Shown in pieces: positions 27,372 through 42,342 of a stretch of DNA of 64,000 nucleotides. The notes beneath the pieces are model-generated. The model was not told the origin of the DNA and did not search any database. It saw nothing but the letters and a program-made list of their open reading frames with translations. The position numbers and the translations under genes are program-made. How positions within the stretch are numbered: position 1 is the first letter of the stretch; each line of letters opens with the position of its first letter. The stretch comes from Octopus vulgaris. Its lineage: Eukaryota. The stretch is from contig OX597817.1 in the NCBI GenBank assembly GCA_951406725.2, forward strand, positions 44,826,001 through 44,890,000, in the 5' to 3' direction.

Positions 27372-29597
27372 CGCACCCATATTTACTCCTGTATTTTTTT
27401 TTCGCTCGATTCAACGTAAAGAATGTGAATTTGAAATGATTATCGCATTACCGATTATTTGATTTTAACATCGAGAATATGTTTTGTTTAAGAATTATGA
27501 ATTTTGCAACTTCAGCCACTTTATCGGTAAAGAAAATTATACATTTAACTATTTATTGCGGAAAATTCTGAAGTTTTCAAACATCAAATTAATATGACCA
27601 TTACTTCCTTCAATATATTCGAGGTTTTCTGAATTATTTTATTGAATGCAATCTATCTTCTCCAAAATTTGACACCTTATGAGACATTCTTGATATTTTC
27701 ACTATCCCACTTTAAAATTTCTGTTTCCGTACGTTACGATAAGTATTAGCTCTATTCAATGATGGTGTATAACTATCCCATTCTCTTTCGGAGTTCGATG
27801 TTGATTTAACGCTATTTGAATTCTTTTTTTTCCTTCTATTTAGCAATAATTGGAAGTGCGACCATGCTGGGGGTATCACTGTGAATGTTTTAGACATTAA
27901 TATAGATTCTGATATGTATTGTACATTAGTACTTATTTGAATAATTTCTGTTAACCAAAAGTTTACGTTAATTTTCGTTTTATCGAAAGGGCGAAATTAT
28001 AAACGCCCTTTTACGCCACTACACACAGGCATACTCATATATTCGCCTACATGTACCTACACAAATACTCACTCATTTATGCACACAAATATATTTTGAT
28101 GAGAATGAAGTCATTCACCAATAAACTTCCAATTCTAGCACACACACGGCTGTCCTCACAGTCTGTATCCTCACTCTATCGGTGATAGATTGCTTCCTAT
28201 TCAGTGGAGCTGTTTAGCTTCTTGTCATCTCCAGTGAAGCCCACCTGACTCACTTCTCTCTGGTTATTTCATCATCGATAATGGGTCTCAAACCACGCCT
28301 ATCCATGCAAAAATCTTGATGCTTAAATGATCTCTTCCAAGTTTTTTACTATTTTATTCGACCAGACCAATTATCAAATGAATTTAGACGTCATCACTCT
28401 GTCTTCTATTTAGATTAAGAATTTTTAAGATGGCATGACACAAGGTTCTTTGTGAGTGTTTCAGAAGAATTGGAGTACAATTTAAAGAATGTCGTACGGT
28501 TAGTTTTGGTTTTGTTGCTGGTTCGTACTCGTAGAATTTGTTAATATTGGTCGTTACTCTTTTCGACTTGAGATTTAGATAAGATGCTAGATTGAGCGGA
28601 TCTAAAGCCGTACACATTCCAATCATGAGTTCCCCATTGGAAGTTCAGACATAAAGCATCTAGGATAACATTATCTAAAGCATCCAGCTTAATTTTAAGA
28701 AGGTAGGTTGTGATATCAATGAGATTAGGATAATATAAATAGCAAACCAAATAGATACAAACGGATTATCGTGTGTATTCCGTACTTAAGGTATTCTTTT
28801 GTGGATGTTAGTGGTCTTATGTTAGGTTTTAGGTTATCTGGACCTAATAAAAAATATGTTCCAGCTATAACGATCATGTTTTCAATCATGTATTTTGCAT
28901 ATGGATCGTATAGAATTTTTTAAAATTTACCATATTATTCTAATGAGCATTCTGAGGGCTATCAGACTGCTATATGTACTCATGTTGAAAGTTTGCCCAC
29001 AGGTATCCTTGTAAGCAGAACGATTACCCACAGGTTGCCTTGTTAGCAGAATGGAAATGTAATCACCTATTTGGAAGGCAGTACAATATTATTAATCTGT
29101 TTCATGAATCTTAGCAATATTTGAGCAGAGAGCCTCGAGGAACTAGATTAAATTCAGTAAGGAATTTAATCCGGTACTTAACTGATTCTGAGAACTGCAT
29201 CGAAATTCAATATGATATATCTTCACGTGGAATATATTAAGGTTAGCGTTACCAAAGGCATTGGCTGTTAAATTACATTTCGTTACGTTATTTAAGAACA
29301 GCATTACTTATAACTTCTAATTATCATTCGCAATTGTTATTTCAGTTTAAGGAACCCCAGAAAGTAAAAACAGTAACGAAATATGGGCTATAGTATTTCA
29401 TAAATATCTCAATATGGAATGATGAATATCTAATATTGTCGAATACAGGACATACGGACTCATATTATAGTGGATGATGTATACATAGTCTGCTAGACAT
29501 AGTAGCCAAATATACTGCAAAGATAATCCTGTTGCATTCAATAAAGAGAGGATATATTAGATAATGCAATCCTAGAGTTAACCCTAGAGATAATATA

Positions 29598-29830
29598 TAT
29601 TTCTTTACTACCCATAAGGGGCTAAACATAGAGGGGACAAACAAGGACAGACAAAGGGGTTAAGTCGATTACATCGATCCCAGTGCGAAACTGGTACATT
29701 ATTTATCGACCCCGAAAGGATAAAAGGCAAAGTCGACCTTGGCGGAATTTGAAGTCAGAACGTAACGACAGACAAAATACCGCTAAGCATTTCGCCCAGC
29801 GATCTAACGTTTCTGCCAGCTCGCCGCCTT
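29598..29830 (-). mobile_element. tRNA-derived SINE, family B (Meta-domain-like core), with 16-bp TSD
   Basis: Head AAGGCGGCGAGCTGGCAGAA...TTCAAATTCC, core GCCTTTTATCCTTTCGGGGTCGATAAA..GTACC. Flanked by CCCTAGAGATAATATA at 29582-29597 and 29831-29846. Confidence 0.9.
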
Positions 29831-32800
29831 CCCTAGAGATAATATAATCCTAGAGTTAACCCTAATACTTAAAAACAGGAGCTTGTTTATTAGAGTCTAG
29901 AAGAATCATAAGAAGGTCCCCAGGTGTCTGAGGTTGCAGGAATGGATTTAGCATCAAGAAATTGTATTAGTTAAAAACAGCAGTCTTGAGGGAAATCGAA
30001 AGTGGATCAAATCGACCATAGTACTCTGTTGATACTTATTTTATCGACCCCGAAAACAGAAAGGCGATGCTGTAAGCCAGTAAATTTTGAAAGTGGGGTA
30101 TACCTGTCATTATCGACCCCGCTGGTGTCTTATTTTACGAACCCTGACAGAGGTTATGTAGAGCTTATCCTAGCGGCATATGAACTTAAAAATGTAAAAT
30201 GCTGGAAGAAGTGCCGAATAATAATTACAATTGTTTCATACACAAGCACAAAGTTTGAAATATTTGAAAGGGGTTAATCGATTAATTACAGTTATTGAAC
30301 TCGACGAGATTTGAGCTCAAAAATTGAAAATTCGGAATAAATGTACTACAGATTTTCTTCCAATTCTTTACGTCCAGTTCTTTGACCTCGAAGTCAGAGA
30401 TTATTATAATTTCCCTCATATTTTCAATACAGTGTTAAATTCATTGATTCTGATTTATAACATTTCTAAGAGAAATATGGATGATCATACCTCAGACTAT
30501 TTCTGCATTCTAAATGTATGATTTTTTTTTTCCAATATGACAAAAAAAAAAAACAAAGAAATTGGTTCTTATTTTGTTAGCTTACATTATGAGACCATTT
30601 TCATATCCAGTTGCGAGGTGAATTATTGCTTGTGTGACAGTTATACGTATTTTAAAAGAGATCATTTTTCTATACTCTCGTTGGGTAACATAAATATATT
30701 TCAGGAAGCAATACTCTCACTCTTTTCTTTTAAGATACAGCAATAACAATTGAAACACTATTACTATATGACAAAATCTAATACCGTATGTACAATAAAT
30801 TTTTGTTCTCAATATAAGATGTTTGAATTCACCGTGGAAAGCTCGGCGTAAGTCAGGAAAAGAGATCTCTTCTAACTCCTTCTTTCCCCCTCCTAATTTT
30901 TTCTATATCCTATATTCCCTACCAAAGGTAAAATCAAATCTCAGTTTCTAGCACATATATACATTTACTTGGGAAAAAAAGAAAATTTTTTAAAATCAAT
31001 ATTATTTACTATACATCCATATTCTACTGTTAATATTGTATTTTTGTAGACGGTTTGGGGGTGATGCCTTTCATTGATGAAAAGATTTTCAGAAAAGACA
31101 AAAGGCTCTCTTGAACTACGTCATCAACGTATCCCATTTTCCTTCTAACTGAATATAATCCATTAAAATTTATCTCTTCTGCAACAGTTAAACACAGCTT
31201 CTATTGTGTACCGCTCTTTGAAGCGAGTATTTTGTGAAGATGATACAGCGAAAGTAATGCATTGGGAATATCTAAAAGATAATATATGTGTCATGTGGAT
31301 AAGTAGTTGAGGTCGTCGTGGCAATATTCATAATATTTTATAGGTGATATGGGGGTATTTTCACCGGAATACCTTCAGAAGGCGACGCTTTGGAGATACT
31401 ACCGTAGAAATGATGTTATAATAACGATATTGTAAGGATGATATTTCAATATTTTTGATGTTCTCGTGGAATCGTTATACAGTTGTGTTGTTGAATCGTT
31501 TTTGAGTAGAAAATGCTTGTGTGGTGATCTTTTGAGGTAATATTCCGGAGGTGACGTGATCGAAATAACGTTTTTGCTGTAATGTCTTTTCGGCTTTGAT
31601 ATCTTCGGTGACGCGATACGACGTTATGCCGACATTTTTCTTCTAGGAGCATTTACCATTTCTTCATAAAAAGCACGATGTTCGTTTACTACAAGTAATT
31701 ATGATATGCATTATATTTGCTTACAGAGATGGAATTATTCATGCATCCAAAAGGCAGGAATGTTTTAATATGCACGGACTTCGGTAGAACAATAGAAAAA
31801 ACAAACTGAATTAATTCAATTATAAGCATATGTTAAGTATTACATACGTTACACTAGCTTCGCTGAGGTGATTACATATGGTCGGTGTTAATTCGTCCTC
31901 TATTATTTATTTTTATCGCCTGATAGAGTGACAACTATTGTGCGGTGGATCTATTTACATTGTAGTAGAGCTAATAACCTACCGAAACATAAATTACTAT
32001 TATATTTACTCAGGGAAGCGTAAATTTTATCGTTTGTTTTATCAGTGATGTTAAATTGGAATGTTCTTCAGAAGTTATTCGCAGATGAAGCAAAATGATA
32101 AACCACATGAAGGGAATTAATCTGCCAGTAAAGATAATGCCAGAATTTCAAATGGTTTGCAATGTTGGCGTCAAAATGATAAAGCTTATGAAACAAAAAG
32201 ATAAGAGTGAATTACAATATATTCATGTACGCACGATCACACCCTCCTCCCTCACACATATATGTATATATAATTTTTGACCTTTTATCAGTAAGATTCA
32301 AGAAGGAAAAATCAGTTGTTCTTTTAGAAATAAAACCGTTTGAAAAAGGTCATTCCTGGGTCGCCTACTAAATCTTTTCTATATAATTAATTTTGCTTCA
32401 TTGTATTCAAGCGGCAATAACTGAACCAATAGCATTTCCACAAGTGACTACACGGCTAAGAAAGATAGAAGCGTAATATATGTTACAGAAAGACAACTAA
32501 AAATGCGTAGTAAAATCTATGGATATTGACTGTCATTTCATGAAAATATCCTTATATTTAATTCAGTATTTTCTACAAGTATATTCAATCCATAGAAGAT
32601 AACTTATCAATTTATCAGATTTTGCTTTATCTTTTGAGACCTGACCGATATACAATAATGAAATGACTAACACATCCTTCCTACTCATGAGGGAATACTA
32701 TGAAATAAGAAAGCAAAGAAGTAATACATTAAAAAAAATATGCACGTCTTGACATCACTCAATTGGATATGCATTATTTAGTGCATTGCCCGAGGTATCA

Positions 32801-33244
32801 TGGTGTAGCGTAGAACATATATTTCTAATGTAGAGATACAGATTGAAAAAAAAAAAAACCTGAAGAGCAGAAACTGTAATGTCATATATCTATAATTTCA
32901 AACGTCAGTGATTTTGGAATAGCAATTAGAACGCTGTGCTACATATTTGAAATAATTCTTCTGGGGCATTACTGCTTTGAGAGCAGCGCTAGTATTCATG
33001 ATATTTTTTTTCGCCTGTCAGTACTCTGTTGGCTTTGAATATCTTATGTAAATTAATTCTCCGCTGTGAAATGTTTCTAAACGCATTTAACTATAAAGAT
33101 CTTCAGCATAACATACATGTACCAATGAAAGATGTGAGTATAAAGTGAAAAGAAACAATTTAAAGCTGACGCAAATTCTTACATAAAAACAGACGCCTGA
33201 ACATTTTCTGCAACGATCATATATATTATATGTTACATTAGTCG

Positions 33245-33702
33245 CAAGTTTTGGCACAAGGCCAGCAATTTCGCGGGACGGAATATGCGAATTGCATCGA
33301 CTCCCAGTGCTCACTGGTACTTATTTGAACGGAAGGCTGCGAGCTGGCAAAAACGTTAGCACGCCGGGCGAAATGCTTAGAGGTATTTCGTCTGCCGTTA
33401 GGTTGAGAGTTCAAATTCCGCCGAGGTCGACTTTGCCTTTCATCCTCTCGGGGTCGATAAATTAAGTACCAGTTACGCACTGGGGTCGATATACTCGACT
33501 TAATACCTATGTCTGTCCTTGTTTGTTGCCTCTATGTTTAGCCCCATGTGGGTTATAAAGAAATAGGTACTTGTTTGATCGACCCCGAAGGAATTAAAGA
33601 CAAAGACCACCTCGGCGGAATTTCATCTGAGAACATAACGGCAGACGAATACAGCTAGGCATTTTGCCCGGCGTGCTAAAGGTTTTGTCAGATCACCACC
33701 TT
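33245..33702. mobile_element. SINE family B (+, 33334-33565) nested inside an older family B copy (-)
   Basis: Host halves at 33245-33333 and 33566-33702. Diverged TSD ggtacttatttgaacg / ggtacttgtttgatcg. Confidence 0.8.
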
Positions 33703-34296
33703 TAAAATATTATATTAAAACATTTGTATAAATATTTTATATTAGGAGATTTGCCATAAATACCGAAGAAAGTATCCGAAAATTTAAAAAACCTAATTTC
33801 ACTGATATTTAAGTTATTAAAATGAAGGTGCCAAGAACAATTCATACACAACTGAATTCAAGAGTACAATAAATAATATTTCCAATGACAGCTGTTCTGC
33901 TACATGAGTGAAGCAAATATTGCAGAATATTATCAAATCATTCTTCCACATATACACATAAACATAAATGACACACGCACTAAAATACACGGGTGCGCGC
34001 ACATCCGGATGTGTGTGTGCGAGAGTGTGTGGTTATGGAAGTGTATGTTGGAAGAGAATAGAGAACAAAGTAGAGGAAATAATTCATTACATGTTAGAGT
34101 ACAAGAAAACTATGTATTGTAGCTTATAGAATTACATATCATTCAGTTGCGAGTTTTTCACAAGGTATTTCCAAGGTATATAACAGAGAAACATTACATA
34201 TATACGTTAAGGGAGTGTTGGTTGGGTGTAACGTCGGATTGTGAATTTCTTTTCTTCGGAATAGGCTACAATGATCTCTCTCTCTCTCTCTCTCTC

Positions 34297-34385
<89 letters not shown>

Positions 34386-34404
34386 ATATATACATATACA
34401 TTTA

Positions 34405-34880
34405 TAGGCGTAGGAGCAACTGTGTGGTAAGTAGCTTGCCTACGAAACACATGGTTCCAGGTTCAGTCTCACTGCGTGGTACCTTGGGCAAGTGTCTTCT
34501 ACTATAGCCTCGGGCCGACCAAAGCCTTGTGAATGAATTAGGTAGACGGAAAGTGAAAGAAGCCCGTCGTATGTATATATATATATATATGTGTGTATGT
34601 GTGTGTGTGTTTGTGCGTGTGTATGTTTGTGTGTGTGTGTGTGTGCGTGTTTGTGCGTGTGTACGTTTGTGTGTCTGTGTTTGTCTCTCCCCCAACATCG
34701 TTTGACAACCGATGCTGGTTTGTTTACGTCCCGGTAACTTAGCGGTTCGGTAAAAGAGACCGACAGAATGAGCACTAAGCTTTCAAAGAATATGTCATCG
34801 AGTCGATTTGCTCGACCAAAGGCGGTGCTCCAGCATCGCCGCAGTCAAATGACTGAAACATGTAAAAAAAAAAAAAGAAG
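34405..34880 (+). mobile_element. SINE family A
   Basis: Full-length copy. Confidence 0.9.
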
Positions 34881-35459
34881 AGTACTTGGCTGGAGCTTTT
34901 ATTTTAGCGAACCCGAAAAAATCGAAGTAGACCCCGGTTGTATTTGAACTCAGAACATAAAAACGAAAGAAATGGTGCTTATCATTAACGTTGGCATGTT
35001 AAGGATTCTGCCAGCAGAAAAATGTATAATGTAATTTGATAAACTTCAGGTACTTGATGTAGACGAAATTCACACTAAACGGAAAGGCCCCTATGCACAA
35101 ATATTTGGAATAATGTAATTGAACACAAATACAAAGGACTTTATACTTGAAACAAAAACGAAAAGTGAAATGCATACGCAAAATTTATATGTTTTAATTC
35201 TAATAAATTGAATTCGCTTCTCTAACGTAAAAATTGAATAGCAGTGTCTTTGATAAGACGACTCTCTTGCTTGAAATGGAAGTGCAAAACAGTTGAATGA
35301 ACCAACATGTTGCAAAGATATCGCAAGCTTCCCTTAGAAACATGGGTCAAATGACTCAGATGCAATTTAAGAAACAGCCAATTCTAAAGAAGCCTGTATG
35401 TATGTGTGTATGTATGCATGCATCTGTCACCCATCATCTTTCTACCAATTTATCTATCA

Positions 35460-35540
35460 ATGTGCATACATACATACATGTATGCATACATACATACATA
35501 CATACATACATACATACATACATACATACATTCATACATT

Positions 35541-35588
<48 letters not shown>

Positions 35589-35593
35589 CATAC

Positions 35594-35654
<61 letters not shown>

Positions 35655-35800
35655 CTTAAGAAAATTAAAGGAGTGAACACACACATTCGCAAACACGGGC
35701 ATATATTCAAGCAACTCTCTCTCTTTTCTCACTCTTTATATAAATATATGTGTTTGAGTGTATGTGTGTATGTGTGTGTATATACATGCATACACACACG

Positions 35801-35843
<43 letters not shown>

Positions 35844-35995
35844 AAACATGCATTCACACATACACACATACACATATATATATATATGCATATACATGCA
35901 TACATACACATATATATATATACATATAAAAATATATATATATACATATATACATACATATATATACATATACACATACTTATGTTTGTGTGTGG
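35460..35995. repeat. Compound TACA/CA/TA microsatellite block
   Basis: Direct inspection. Confidence 0.95.
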
Positions 35996-36454
35996 ATATG
36001 TTTTTATATGAATGGGTGGGAGACGATGGGAGTGTAGAGGAGAACATAAAGCAAACAAAGAGTTAATGTTAGGAAGGCCGAGGTGTTGTGCACTTACGTA
36101 GACTAATAAAATGAAAGCGAAACATAGCTATATGGCCTGATATAAGAAACATTTTATGTATATGGCAGTAATTTTGAATGTGTTTCTTTTCCTGAAACTA
36201 CAGAAATGGCGCCAGTACGATAGTCGCATATGATTTACACTAGTACACTTTAGTCTAATTCATTTTAAATTTTGATAAAATGCCAAACTTTTTCTGTAAC
36301 AATTCGATGTAATAATAATTGGATAGACGGCAAACATAGATGTAGAGATGTATCCGGAAAGATATCACACGTAGGACTCATAAATTTAATATATTCATAT
36401 ATATTGTAAAAATATAAGGATAGCGTTCAATAATATTCATAACGTCCGTCCACA

Positions 36455-36501
<47 letters not shown>

Positions 36502-36559
36502 GCATATATATATCCATACATATATATATGCATATATATATACATACATATATATATGC

Positions 36560-36602
<43 letters not shown>

Positions 36603-37269
36603 CTACGGATCAATGCTCATGTTTGCGTTCTTGCGTGTCGGTGCATGTGATTGCCTGTGAGAGTTTGTACGTGTGTCGCGGTGGAGTGGGGTATTTACAT
36701 CTCATATGACGGGAGTAGTAGTAGATTTGTTTGCTGTGGTTGTATGTCCATAACACACTGGGTGGAATTGGAAATAGAGGGATGCATAATATATTTATGT
36801 GTATGTGAGTTACGAGGATATTGACTTGTATGAAAATTGAAGTCCCAATGGTTTCCTTTGTAGAAGGTCCCAATGAAGGCAATAAGCCATTTAGGATAAG
36901 GTAATATGAAGGAAAAATTAATATGAAAAGAATGGCTTTACTTCAGACTTGTAAGAGTTCAGGTCATAAGGTGCGAGAAAGCAATGAAACGGAAGAACGT
37001 TCAAAAGTCTGGCACTTCGAAGAAAAAATACTTGAAATAACAGGGATGTATCAAGCGAATAAAATGAAGACACGTCACAATATAGACTTGACGACATTTT
37101 AGTCACTCCTTTGTGAAAACGAAGACAAACCAGCGAGCTGTGCGAAAATGAGGCTTATAATTGCATAATGTATTCGTGAACAAAAATACTGTTGGCTGTA
37201 TTTCCTTTTCATTTCTGCCTCCACTACATAATCTTTACCGCACTTACTCATCCTATATCCACACGTCTA

Positions 37270-37362
<93 letters not shown>

Positions 37363-38003
37363 TCTTTCCTATATAAGCCAAAAGACAAGGTTCAGAAGCC
37401 GCACAATATGACAGCACATCTTTGATGCAAGTGCCTCAAATGTCAAGAATCGCAAACATTACTTAAAATTTCACTTCGAAATTTTGCGTAAACTGGCGTT
37501 GCAAATAGAGCTGTTAAAGAAACAATTGTAATGAATCACTTAAGCTGTTTTAAAGAATTTTCATTGGCCTCTTCTATACTGGATAATAAAACGAATGGTT
37601 TAAACCTGGTAGCTTACTGGTGAAGCATGGTCACCCTCACAATGGTCGTTATGCATATGGCAAATGAAAGATGGAATATACGAGAATTCATTAATCACGA
37701 CAATTGTTTCGCCACATCTAGCATCGATCCCTCATGGGTGGGACACTCAACAACTGGTCAGGAGAACCCGGCGGTGAAGATGCGTCTCGTCGGGTGATAA
37801 ATAAATACAATTCGTTAAAATAACATTTCTGCAATGTAACTTCTCGTTTTGTAGAAAGAAAAAAAAAAGCCAGGCGGAGGATATATCTTCATTTACATAG
37901 AAGATCAAAAATAAAATCACAGATGAGGAAACAAATGAGAAGCAAAAATGCAATATAACGAGAAAATACTTTTCGTATATTCCATCTTCCGTCTTTTGAC
38001 ATT

Positions 38004-38333
38004 TTGATGTGGTGTGAAAGAAGGAATGTCGTAAATTTAGTCGAGTTAACGGTTCCTCATGCTAATAACATGGACGCCGCTTTGGCTCGAAAGATTGACC
38101 GTTATGTAAACCTCCTCGAGAAATGTGAAGACGCAGGCTGGAAAGCGGAGCATTTTCGAATCGAAGTCGGATGTAGAGGGTTTGTTGGAAACAGTGTGAG
38201 ACGACTGTTGTTATCATTAGGCCTAACTCATCGTAAAGTCAATACCACCATGACCAATATCCAATCTACAGTGGAGAAGGCTAGGCACTGGATTTGGTTA
38301 AACAGAGACGATGAGCAATGGCTAGATTGTTGA
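38004..38333 (+). pseudogene. C-terminal restriction-like endonuclease (RLE) domain of an R2-group non-LTR retrotransposon (HERO/NeSL-like), 5'-truncated
   Basis: DILMW...LVELTVP...ARKIDRY..L...C...GW.....IEVGCRGF...EKARHWIW matches the RLE signature ELTVP / KxxKY / EVGxRGF. Confidence 0.85.
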
Positions 38334-40280
38334 GCTTTATTTGATAATCAATTGATCTAGCAAGCGGGCTTCATATCATTGATGCCGTCGAGGGCTAGGC
38401 TCCGAAACGGCGCACATTCTCTCCTGATGACCCCATACACTTGCTGGATTCCAGTATGCGGAGTTTTTGACTGGTAGCACTTGCATGTGCAAGTTGATTG
38501 CAAGACATATTTTGCAAGTCGTCTTTTGAATCCGTAGATTCGATACTACAACCGGTGCTGAAATTGTTGTGACTCTCAGTATATAGCTCATAAGGAGAAC
38601 GATCTGCTCAACAAAGATATGTGATTAGTATCATTGTGTACACGATATGTTTAAGATGATATAAGCTTTCGCAAAATTTAACAGCAGACGATATATGAAT
38701 TTGGGTGCGTGTTTCTGAGCGTGCATGCATGTGTAAACCTGTGTGCGTGTGCGAGTATGAGGTTTTGTGTGAGTGTGTATCTATGCTTACGTGAAAAAAA
38801 AAGAGACAAGTTAAATGAATCACGCAATAACAGAATGAATAAACATAATAAAAATATATAAAAAAACCCAAAACGGCAGAAAAGAATAACAGCATGAAAA
38901 ACAGTCAGAAATAGCAATGGAAATATCGCATGGTATATTACAAAATACAAAACAACGAAGTTGGCATACACACAACATTATAAAGAATGATTAAACATAA
39001 TAGATACAGTTTGCCAATAAAGGATGTCAAGTCTACACTGATATCGAGATAGCGAACGGATCGAAGTGTGCAGACGACATTAAAATAAATATTATTGTAT
39101 TCCAAGTACTGTAAAATATCTTCATTGAATCGAATATACTAAGTCAGTGTATATAGCATTAAAATGGCTCTTTCATTGGAACTATTTCTGTTTTAGATAT
39201 TATAAACGGTCGTTTGCAGACAGAAATGTACTATTCGCAAAACTATCGAAAAGGATTCTATAGATCTGTTGAATATTATATTCACCATAAACTTCAGTGG
39301 TTTATTTACCTATACTTTTCTTTTGTTTTTCTTTGAATTTGTTGTTACGGTTTTACTTATTTTTGTTGTTATTGTAGTCTTTGGTACTGTACATGAAAAA
39401 CATATTAGGATTTTCATATTTCTTTAATGTTTTATCTAGCATAAAAGACATAACGCTTGGATATCTTCACAACAAAAACCGTATCATGTGAGCTTCAGAC
39501 ACACTGCGGTGATATCATAGCCATAGTAACCAGGAAGAATTTTTTTTTGTATCTCTATAATTTGAACTCCGTTTTCATTCGGATTCAGATATCCGTCGTC
39601 CACCAGAATGTTTCCTATTCACAAGTTATTCAATGTCATATATAAAACAATCTTTAAAGGAGTGAGAATTCTTTCTAGAAACAATATTTAGTAGTACACT
39701 GGTAACCTTTTCCTAAATTGAACACGAGTGAATATGCATTTAATATTTATTTTTAAATCTGTTATCTTTATACTTAGCTTTTCTATTTATTTCTCTGCAT
39801 TAATCCTTTCTCATAGCTCATACATATACATACATATACATATATATAAAATACACCCTGTGTTTGGGAAAATTTTGTATCTCTGCCGTAAGGCTTCATT
39901 TCCTCACACGCCAGCCTAATTCAATTCGTCTCCAGTCGGAAAACATCTGTCGTTATGTCCTGTTATTATTTTTATTGTATTTAAATTGAATTTATAGTTG
40001 TGTAAGATTGTCTGTTTTTCCGTCCTTCTTTTTGTATACATTCGATGCTTTCCTCTTAGGAATCTAATGCTCTTAGCTTAGTTTTTCCTTGGGGCTGGCA
40101 AGATTGGAGCAATCTCAAGATTAATCCGCCGAAATTGCGAGGATGATCTGGTTCTTGACTGAGGATAGAAAGCTTCGAATGACCCGTCCTTGTTTTTTTT
40201 GTATCGTCTATCTGGATGTTTTGTTGCCCCATTTTGCATCACCTAGTTGTCCGGATATTTTGCGTTCTCGTCCCATTTTG

Positions 40281-40322
<42 letters not shown>

Positions 40323-40341
40323 CAGCGTAAGTACACTTTGT

Positions 40342-40436
<95 letters not shown>

Positions 40437-41948
40437 AATTTAATGCCTAATATATGAATGTATCTAATCGGGTGGTACTCACACAGAAGCTCCTTTAGTT
40501 GACCAGGCTACAGACCACGTAGTAATCCAATACAAAGGAGAAGAATATAGAGTCCTATGCAATTGAAATCAAGCAAATGCTATCAGTAATGATTATTTCA
40601 TTAGCAGAGTATAGATTATAGAGAGAGTCAAGGGATATGAGCTGATTATATTCATTTCACCAGCTGATATCCATAAGATAACGATGGTTCCGCAGCCGAC
40701 GTTGTAAAATAATTTATCTTAGTGTATAATAAATTATTTTACATGTCTGTATTAGTATATATGTTATAAATTGCACAGTACTATTTCCCATTTTACAAGG
40801 TAACGCAGGTACAGAAGGCTAGCACTTCAGATCATAGAATATCATGGTTACATCCAATATTTAACTCGATATATACATACAGACAGTCATCTTCGACAAA
40901 GTAACAAGCAGAGAATTGACACAGAAGATTTGTACATGCTTTTTCCCCACAAGTTTTTGTTCATTTTGGTGTCGTTATGGTGAGGTCTAATGAACAATAG
41001 ATATTTGGTTAGGCTGCGCATTGTTCCCATATAGAACCAAATCATCATGTTAACTCTTCGATGAAACTGCTGCGTGTGTTCATTGCCATTTTAGTGTCAG
41101 AAAATACCAGTTGTTATTTGTAGCCATAATAAATCTTCACCACGTCACCAAATGTTGCTGTTGACTTTGTTGAAGCTCTTGTGGTATTTCTTCTACGTTT
41201 TTAACTTCGGGGCACCAATTATTGTTATGCTATGTTATACCGATGTTACCAGAATGCTTTGTTCTTAGTTCGTGGAAACTCTGCATATAATAACTAAACT
41301 ATAACGAGCAAACGCTTAAATACAGTTTATTATGCCGCACTATTTATGAAAAGAGGTTGATGCATTACAATTTACATATAGAATCAGCATGATGAAAATA
41401 GCAGTGTACAACATGCAAAAGCTGGCTCTCCAAAGTTTACCTCTGAGCCGGATTTAACATAAGGAAAATATACATCCGCGCCGTGTCATGTCTACTACTA
41501 GAATCATATATATTCATTAGAAAGAATGGAAAAGTCCATGTATTGGTAACGCACTCAAGAACACAGTAGAATTTCCCGAGAGAGGAGAAAACGCAACGTC
41601 TCTCGTGCACTGCCAATGCCGTGTAGTATTAACTCTGTTTATAGGCTGTTTTTCAGAAGCTTCGAGAACGACTGGGAGATGTTATCACGTGAACAACAGC
41701 CGCTGATTGGACAGTAGTACAACTGCGCACATGATTCAGCCGATGTTAAGTCATGACTTGATATTCGTTATGTGGCATCACGAGTTCTAATCCATGCCAT
41801 ATTCTCAACAGGTAAAAGAAAAAAAAATGTAGAGAATAATGGAGGAGCGTAAAGGACGGTAACGAAAACATGACACAGGAAGTTGGGCAAAAATAAATAT
41901 ACAAACATAGAGGCCATAAAAATATGTGCATATGCATGTGTTTGCAAA

Positions 41949-42114
<166 letters not shown>

Positions 42115-42129
42115 GTCTATCTTTCTATA

Positions 42130-42342
42130 TAGTTGGAATTTACAAAAAAAAAAACACAAAAAAAACAAAGCAAAAGACGAAGACAGGTGTGTAAACAACA
42201 AACAGGTGTATTAGTTTAACGCCCAGGAAGCTGAGAAAGTCTTTTACGTTTCGAGCCTACGCTCCTCAACAGAAAGGAACATAAGAAAATGTATAGAGAG
42301 AGAATGAAAAAAAGAGCTTTAGTTGCTAGCGGTCGATCATAT
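42130..42342 (-). mobile_element. Short Penelope-LTR-like/retrozyme-like unit with hammerhead variant at 42241-42276
   Basis: Minus strand CUUU CUGUUGA G GAGC guag GCUC GAAAC GUA AAAG. Same layout as the unit at 63563-63763. Confidence 0.55.

Noticed and set aside
27420-28950. Hints of an L1/Tx1-like endonuclease on the minus strand (NVYG, GVKFW)
   Set aside because: Too degraded to support by eye.
36640-37100. Possible decayed Penelope C-terminus; similarly a hAT-like remnant at 16400-16700
   Set aside because: Only faint motif resemblance; needs a profile search.
39866-40285. Unit between TA arrays with GGC...GCCGAAAT and CTGAGGA
   Set aside because: A hammerhead core could not be assembled; probably a repeat, left unclassified.
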